From positions 1 to 64,000 of the forward strand of contig JBDRML010000001.1 of the NCBI GenBank assembly GCA_043812195.1: a stretch of 64,000 nt of DNA. Reading direction: 5' to 3'. Position numbers and translations under genes: made by a program. Below the pieces are notes generated by a model. The model saw nothing but the letters and a program-made list of their open reading frames with translations. It did no database searches and had not been told where the DNA came from. Positions within the stretch are counted from its first letter, which is position 1. Each line of letters begins with the position of its first letter. The stretch comes from Candidatus Woesearchaeota archaeon. Its GTDB lineage: Archaea; Nanobdellota; Nanobdellia; SCGC-AAA011-G17; PNOQ01. Positions 57,630 through 64,000 of the stretch are shown here, one piece after another.

Positions 57630-60531
57630 CAAAGAAAAATTAAAAAAATTTAAAGAACAACTTAGAAAAATGTTTAGAAGTGATGAACCAGATTTCAACT
57701 GGGGGGTTTATAGGATAATAAAACAAAAGAATCAAGATGTTGATGATTTTATTGAAAATGAGATTCCAAATATAATCAAAGATAATTTAAAAGTTTTATA
57801 TGCAAAAAGTGTTGAAAGTTTAGAAAAAGAACTTGATGAGATTAAATCAGATTGTCAAAAATTGGGTGTTGATTATGAAACAAATGAGAGGCATAAAGAA
57901 AAATTAAAAGAAAAGAAAGAATTAACAGAAATTGGAGATATTGAATCCCAAATTTATAATGATTTATTGGAATTTTTTTCTAGGTATTTTATAGATGGGG
58001 ATTTTATTTCTAAATTCTATTACAAAAATGACCAATACATGGTTCCTTACGATGGTTCTGAAACTTATTTGCACTGGGCAACAAAAGATCAGTATTATAT
58101 AAAAACCTCTGATGTTTATAATAGATTAAGTATCAATGCAGGAAAATTTAATATAATATTTAGGGTTGTTCAAGCAGATCAAGAAAAAGGCAATGTTAAA
58201 GCTAAAGGTGATAAATTTTTTGTTTTAGATAAAAATGCTTTTGAACTTAATAAAGATACAAATGAGTTTTTTGTTAATTTAAATAATATTGTTGGTGATG
58301 ATGAAATAAAAGAAAAAGGTAAAAATAAATCTGAAATACAGGAAAAATTAAACGAAGAAATACTTAATGAATTAAAAAATGAACTAGAAAAGAATAATAT
58401 CAAATGTAATGAAGATTTTGAAAAGGTTTTGAAAACTTTCCAAAAAAGATATACTAAAGATTTTTTCATACATAAAAATTTGAAAGAATTTTTAAGTGGT
58501 GAGCTAAAAACTTATGTAAAAAATGAGATTTTTGATCTTGATAAAGTTATAGATATAGAGATAAAGATAAATAAAGAGTTGATAGTTCAATCTCAAACTT
58601 TGAAAAAGATTGCAGATAAAATAATTGAAAGACTTGCATCTATTGAAGATCTTAAAAGGAAAGTTTGGGAAAAGAAAAAGTTTATTTTTGATACGGGATA
58701 CTGCATGACTTTAGATTATATAAATAAAAAATATTATAAAGATGTTTTAAAGAATAAAAAACAAATAGCCGAATGGGTCTCTTTAGGTTTTATAAAAGAA
58801 AGCATGTTAAATGAGAAATATTTAGAAGAAAATCCCACTTTAGTTATTGATACTGCTTTTTTTGATATTGACTTCAAATACAAAATATTATCTGAAATTG
58901 ATGATTTGGATGAAAAAATTAATGGTATTTTAATTAATTCGGAAAATTTCCAGGCATTGAATCTGTTATTAAATAAATACAAAGAGAAAATTAAGTGTTG
59001 TTATATAGATCCGCCATATAATACTGGAAATGATGGGTTCTTGTATAAAGATGGATTTAATCACAGCAGTTGGCTAAGTTTAATGAATGATAGATTAATA
59101 TTAACGAAAGAATTATTGAATAATAATGGGGTTTTTTTTAGTAGTATTAATGATATTGAGTTAAAAAATTTAAATAAAATAGCAGACTCCATATTTGGAA
59201 ATGAAAATTTCATCGTAAATTTAGTCTGGGAGAATAAAGAAGGGGGAGGTAGTTCTGATAGTAGATTTTTCAGAATCAAGCACGAATATGTTACTTCTTA
59301 TTCAAAAAATACAAATACATTAAAACTTGATGGAGATATTAAAGAAGAAGACGAAGCTTATAATTATAATGATAGGTTTGTAAAAGAAAGAGGCAAATAT
59401 AAATTAATAAAATTAAATAGCTTCAGTATAAGATCTTCACCTAGCCTACAATATGAAATTGAACTTCCCAATGGTGAAAAAATTACTCCTCATGAAGGCG
59501 GAAAAAAAGGTTGTTGGAGATGGAATGAAGATCAATTTAAGTGGGGTTTAAAGAACGAATTTATTGAATTCAAAAAAAATGCTGAAGGAAAACTTTGGGT
59601 TTATACAAAACAATACTTTAAAGTGGATCATAAGGGAAATGAGATAATTAGAAGTGTTCCATATAGGGCGGTTATATCTAAGTTTTCTAGTACCCAAGCA
59701 ACAAAACAATTAGAAAAATTATTTGGAGATAAACCATTTGCATACTCAAAACCAACCGATTACATTAAGTTTTTATTAAACTTAAGCATAAATCAGAAAT
59801 TAAATGATAATTTTTTAGACTTTTTCGCTGGTTCAGGAACTACAGGTCATGCAGTATTAAAACTAAATAAAGAAGATAGAGGAAATAGAAAATTTATTCT
59901 CGTAGAAATGGGGCAATATTTCGATACTGTTCTTAAACCCAGAATATTAAAGGTAATTTTCTCTGATAATTGGAAAGAGGGAAAACCATTAGACAATAAG
60001 GGATCTGAAAAACAAATTATAAAATATCAAACACTAGAACAATATGAAGATTCATTAGAAAACATACAATTCAAACAAACAGATTTAAGGGGATTGGATA
60101 AAGTGGACAAGGAAACACTATTTAAATATGATTTCAATGAAGTACCAAAAAAAAGTAAAACTTTTCTTGGAGCAGATATAGAAAAAAATTGGAGAGATTT
60201 TAGTATTTTAACACTAGATAAAAACTTAAAAGCAAATCCAATAAAAGTTGACCTAATTGAAACTTTTAATTACTTAATAGGGATGTGGATTGATAAATAT
60301 CAAATAAAGGAAGACAAACAAAGAGAATATATTGTAATAAAAGGTAAGATAAAGGATAAACCTTCCATAATCATTTGGAGGGACAACAAAAATTTGATTC
60401 CAGAAAAAGATAAAAAATTCATAGAAGAAGAAATAATTGAAGGTGAGAAAGTTGAAAATATCTTTGTAAATTCAGATTGTATGATAAAAGGAGCAAAACA
60501 TATTTTTAATGAGATGAGAAAAAGATTATAA
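57622..60531 (+). CDS. mod: Type III R-M DNA methyltransferase (Mod)
   Basis: YIDPPYNTG and DFFAGSGTTGHA; HWATKDQYYIKT N-terminal motif. Confidence 0.92.
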   Translation: MIDKEKLKKFKEQLRKMFRSDEPDFNWGVYRIIKQKNQDVDDFIENEIPNIIKDNLKVLYAKSVESLEKELDEIKSDCQKLGVDYETNERHKEKLKEKKELTEIGDIESQIYNDLLEFFSRYFIDGDFISKFYYKNDQYMVPYDGSETYLHWATKDQYYIKTSDVYNRLSINAGKFNIIFRVVQADQEKGNVKAKGDKFFVLDKNAFELNKDTNEFFVNLNNIVGDDEIKEKGKNKSEIQEKLNEEILNELKNELEKNNIKCNEDFEKVLKTFQKRYTKDFFIHKNLKEFLSGELKTYVKNEIFDLDKVIDIEIKINKELIVQSQTLKKIADKIIERLASIEDLKRKVWEKKKFIFDTGYCMTLDYINKKYYKDVLKNKKQIAEWVSLGFIKESMLNEKYLEENPTLVIDTAFFDIDFKYKILSEIDDLDEKINGILINSENFQALNLLLNKYKEKIKCCYIDPPYNTGNDGFLYKDGFNHSSWLSLMNDRLILTKELLNNNGVFFSSINDIELKNLNKIADSIFGNENFIVNLVWENKEGGGSSDSRFFRIKHEYVTSYSKNTNTLKLDGDIKEEDEAYNYNDRFVKERGKYKLIKLNSFSIRSSPSLQYEIELPNGEKITPHEGGKKGCWRWNEDQFKWGLKNEFIEFKKNAEGKLWVYTKQYFKVDHKGNEIIRSVPYRAVISKFSSTQATKQLEKLFGDKPFAYSKPTDYIKFLLNLSINQKLNDNFLDFFAGSGTTGHAVLKLNKEDRGNRKFILVEMGQYFDTVLKPRILKVIFSDNWKEGKPLDNKGSEKQIIKYQTLEQYEDSLENIQFKQTDLRGLDKVDKETLFKYDFNEVPKKSKTFLGADIEKNWRDFSILTLDKNLKANPIKVDLIETFNYLIGMWIDKYQIKEDKQREYIVIKGKIKDKPSIIIWRDNKNLIPEKDKKFIEEEIIEGEKVENIFVNSDCMIKGAKHIFNEMRKRL

Positions 60532-60532
60532 A

Positions 60533-63500
60533 ATGGAAAAAAAATATAGTGAAGACCTAAGTAATTTGTTATCAACTTCAAGAATACTTTCAAAATTATT
60601 GGGTTTTGATGATCAACATCAAATACTGAAAAAATTTAATGATGCTAATTTAACATATGATTTTTTAGAAGGAAAAAGTAATTTAATAGATTTATTAATA
60701 GGATATAAAAAAACAAAAGAAATTGATTTAGATATCATAACAGAATCAATGTTGTTAATGTTTGATGAAAATATAAGAAAACATTTAGATCACATAAATA
60801 AGTATAGAGAAGATAAAATAGAACCAAGAAACTTTCAATATCTTGCTTTATTGTTTTCTGAAATTTTTTTGTATTTTAAATTTAATGAAAATGATTTTTT
60901 AGAGATTTTAAATGAGTATGTAGACTTACTAAATAAAAATAGCATTGAAAAATTTGATTATTATAAAAAAGAAGATTTAAATAAAATTTGTTTTTGGATG
61001 GCGACAGGATCTGGAAAAACAATAATCATGCACATTAACTTCTTACAATACTTACATTACAATCCAAAAATAAATAAAATAATTTTAATAACTCCCAATG
61101 AAGACATGTCTAAACAACATAAAGATGAATGTGATGAAGATAATATAAACTCTTCAATAATTGACAGTTCAAATTTAAGATATTCGTCACTCAAAAACTC
61201 CATAAATATTTTTGATATAAATAAAATTAAAGATAAATCCGAAAAAATAACAAAAAACAAAGGGAAGACAATAGATTACAAATCATTTGGAAAAAATAAT
61301 TTAATTCTTGTTGATGAAGGGCATAGAGGTTCAAAGGGAGATAAGTGGATGAAATTAAGAAAAGGAATTTCAGAAGAAGGTTTTACCTTTGAATATAGTG
61401 CAACATATAATGATTTCCTTGATGAAAAAAATAAAAATAACACAGATGATTACAAAAGAACAATTATTTTTGATTTTTCATATAAGTATTTTTATCATGA
61501 AGGCTACGGCAAAGATTATGATATTTCATATGTAACTGAGAAAGATAAATATACCAATAAGATGAGAGAATATATAATGTTGGGGAATCTATTAAGTTTT
61601 TATGAACAAAAAAAATACTTTAAAGAATATAACAAAGAATTAGAAGATTTCAATATTGAAGATCCATTATGGTTGTTGGTTGGTTCAAGAGTAAAAGAAG
61701 ATAATAAGTTAGATGGCACAACAAAATCAGATATTGCAAAATTTGTATATTTTTTAAATGAACTAACGAACGAAGGATTAGACGAAAAAATAGAAAAAAT
61801 ATTGACTCAAAAAACCGGAGTAAAAAAGAAAAATACCAACAAAGATATTTTTACAAACAGATATAATTACTTGAGAGAACTATTAAAAAATAGATTCAAT
61901 GAAAACTATTCTAAATTGATTGATGATATTTTTAAAGTTGTTTTCTATGCAACACCAAATTCTGATCTAATTTTAACAGATATAAAAAATGGAGAGGGGG
62001 AATTAGCATTGAGTTACTCAAGTGGAAAAAAACCATTTGGTTTAATTTATGTTGGCAAGGGAAGTGAAAAGGACTTGATTAAAAAAATTAGTGAGAATCA
62101 TAAAAATATAAGAAAAGAAAGTGATAAAATTGGTAATTCTTTATTTCCTAGTCTAAAAGAAACAAAGGAAGAAATCTATCCACTTAATTTATTAATTGGT
62201 GCAAAAAAATTTATAGAAGGGTGGAATAATTTTAGAGTTTCTTCAATATTACTCCTTAACTTTGCAAAGGGTGCGGGTGCATCAGCAATTCAATTATTTG
62301 GAAGAGGAATAAGATTGAGGGGATATGATCGTAGTTTAAAAAGATCTGGTTTTAATAATATTGAAGCACCAAAGAATATTAAAATAATAGAGACACTAAA
62401 CATTTATGGGATTGAAGCTCACTATATGCAAAAATTTCTAGATGATATTGGAACAGATTTAGAAATTACTAGCACAATTGAAAAAGACATACAAGTAATC
62501 CCAGATAAATACGGATTAAAAAAAGAATTCGGAAAAGAGTTGTACTACATAGATAACCCCACAGAAAAAGAAGTAGAGTTGACAAATAGATTAACAATAT
62601 GTGGTTTGAAAAAGATGCAAATAACTTTAGATACGTATAATTATGGTATGTCTTCAAAATCTAAAGGAATTAGCAAAGAAGAAGCAAAAGAAAAAAAACA
62701 AACAGTTTCTAAACAAACATACTATAATAACTTTAAAGATTTTATAGATTGGAATGAAATATACTCAAATGTATTAGAATACAAAAGAAATGTCGGTTCT
62801 AGACAAACAACAAATAATTATTATTCGAATTTCTATATTGATGGAATAGATGATTTGAAAAATGTATTTGAGAATAAAGATATAGCGATAACTGTATACG
62901 GGGAAGAAAAGGAATTTTATATGGATAATAAATCTATAAAAGAATTGTATGAAATGAGAGAGAAAATCCAGAACATATATACTGACATAATTAAAAAATT
63001 GATAAAGTTAACTCATACTGCAAAAATAAGAGGTAAAACAGAAGCAGCATATAAATTGACTAAATTAGAAGATAAACACATGATTGATGATTATAAATTA
63101 ATAATTGAACTAAAAGAAAATAAAGTGTTGGCGGAAGATCTTGGTTTAAAAAATATTTTCGATAAATTCATTGAAAAAGAAAGAATATTAGATTTAGAGG
63201 ATGATGAATTAAATGACTTTGTAGAAAAAGAACAAGATAAAAAAGAGTTTATATTAAAATTTAATAAACATTTATATTTTCCTCTTTTAGTTTCTCATGA
63301 AAAAGAAAAATATTCTTTGTCTCCAAAAGGTTTGATTTCTTCCGAAGAATCTTTTGTAAGAAAACTAAAAAAATACATTGAAACTAATGAGAAATCGATA
63401 AAAAATAAAAAAGTGATGTTGTTGAGAAATCATGAAAATAAAGGCATAGGATTTTATATGAAAACAAAAAAATTCTATTATGACTTTATTTTATGGGTGA

Positions 63501-63790
63501 TTGATGAAAATGAAAAACAAAAAATATCATTTATAGATCCAAAGGGATTAGTTCATGGGGATGAAGAAAAAGAAGAATTCAACAAAAATGAAATAAAAAA
63601 AATAGAAGAAAAAATCAAAGAAAAAGAAAATAAGGATTTTGAATTGCTTACATATATTATAACTCCAACGTCAAAAGAGGATATAGCTAGTGCCATGATA
63701 AGAGAAGATCCGATTGGCTCAAATGTTTATTTAGAAGAAGATATTTACGATTTATTTAATAAACTGTTTGAGATTAATCAAGAAGATTAG
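60533..63790 (+). CDS. res: Type III R-M restriction subunit (Res)
   Basis: [43 protein letters not shown]...FIDPKG. Confidence 0.92.
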   Translation: MEKKYSEDLSNLLSTSRILSKLLGFDDQHQILKKFNDANLTYDFLEGKSNLIDLLIGYKKTKEIDLDIITESMLLMFDENIRKHLDHINKYREDKIEPRNFQYLALLFSEIFLYFKFNENDFLEILNEYVDLLNKNSIEKFDYYKKEDLNKICFWMATGSGKTIIMHINFLQYLHYNPKINKIILITPNEDMSKQHKDECDEDNINSSIIDSSNLRYSSLKNSINIFDINKIKDKSEKITKNKGKTIDYKSFGKNNLILVDEGHRGSKGDKWMKLRKGISEEGFTFEYSATYNDFLDEKNKNNTDDYKRTIIFDFSYKYFYHEGYGKDYDISYVTEKDKYTNKMREYIMLGNLLSFYEQKKYFKEYNKELEDFNIEDPLWLLVGSRVKEDNKLDGTTKSDIAKFVYFLNELTNEGLDEKIEKILTQKTGVKKKNTNKDIFTNRYNYLRELLKNRFNENYSKLIDDIFKVVFYATPNSDLILTDIKNGEGELALSYSSGKKPFGLIYVGKGSEKDLIKKISENHKNIRKESDKIGNSLFPSLKETKEEIYPLNLLIGAKKFIEGWNNFRVSSILLLNFAKGAGASAIQLFGRGIRLRGYDRSLKRSGFNNIEAPKNIKIIETLNIYGIEAHYMQKFLDDIGTDLEITSTIEKDIQVIPDKYGLKKEFGKELYYIDNPTEKEVELTNRLTICGLKKMQITLDTYNYGMSSKSKGISKEEAKEKKQTVSKQTYYNNFKDFIDWNEIYSNVLEYKRNVGSRQTTNNYYSNFYIDGIDDLKNVFENKDIAITVYGEEKEFYMDNKSIKELYEMREKIQNIYTDIIKKLIKLTHTAKIRGKTEAAYKLTKLEDKHMIDDYKLIIELKENKVLAEDLGLKNIFDKFIEKERILDLEDDELNDFVEKEQDKKEFILKFNKHLYFPLLVSHEKEKYSLSPKGLISSEESFVRKLKKYIETNEKSIKNKKVMLLRNHENKGIGFYMKTKKFYYDFILWVIDENEKQKISFIDPKGLVHGDEEKEEFNKNEIKKIEEKIKEKENKDFELLTYIITPTSKEDIASAMIREDPIGSNVYLEEDIYDLFNKLFEINQED

Positions 63791-64000
63791 CTTCTCTAAA
63801 ACTATAATAATTCCTTTTATGCTGATCGCCAATAATAATATGGTCACTTAATTTTATGTCAAATAATTCACCTATTTTTTTCAAACGATTTGTAATTCTT
63901 CTATCATCCGTAGAAGGTTTAGAATCTCCAGAAGGATGATTATGAACTAATATTATAGAATTAGCACTTTCTTTTATTGCTTCTTTAAAAACTTCTCTAG
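63774..64000 (-). CDS. radC: RadC-family JAB domain protein, C-terminal part (runs off window)
   Basis: Manual translation [36 protein letters not shown]...DHIIIG...YYSFRE. Confidence 0.9.
   Translation of the reverse strand, partial: REVFKEAIKESANSIILVHNHPSGDSKPSTDDRRITNRLKKIGELFDIKLSDHIIIGDQHKRNYYSFREANLLD

Overview
Low-GC archaeal chromosomal segment, most consistent with a DPANN lineage such as Woesearchaeota/Pacearchaeota (inferred from RadB, PAC2, TBP domain, archaeal BRE/TATA promoters and overall gene content). 1-26 kb is mostly core genes (argS, tRNA-Lys(CTT), MacB-type ABC transporter, serS, topA, radB) plus two wHTH genes with 11-bp-periodic repeat clusters and a short tyrosine recombinase/HNH pair. 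The main unexplained structure lies at 26.4-52.2 kb: about 16 full-length and 2 collapsed copies of a ~23-bp co-oriented hairpin element (consensus AGCGAGA-RGTD-TCTCGCGCTCTC) divide accessory DNA into gene-cassette-like units. Four copies are preceded by displaced copies of the 3' end of an intein-containing XPD/DinG-like helicase, suggesting repeated insertion at that gene end. Cargo includes two radical SAM/SPASM + Cys/Asp-rich precursor + HExxH protein modules (putative RiPP systems), a TA pair, a single-repeat TBP and surface proteins. 53-64 kb is a defence island (PD-(D/E)XK nuclease, CARF-wHTH regulator, UvrD-nuclease fusion, type III R-M, RadC). All calls are by eye; no database searches were run.
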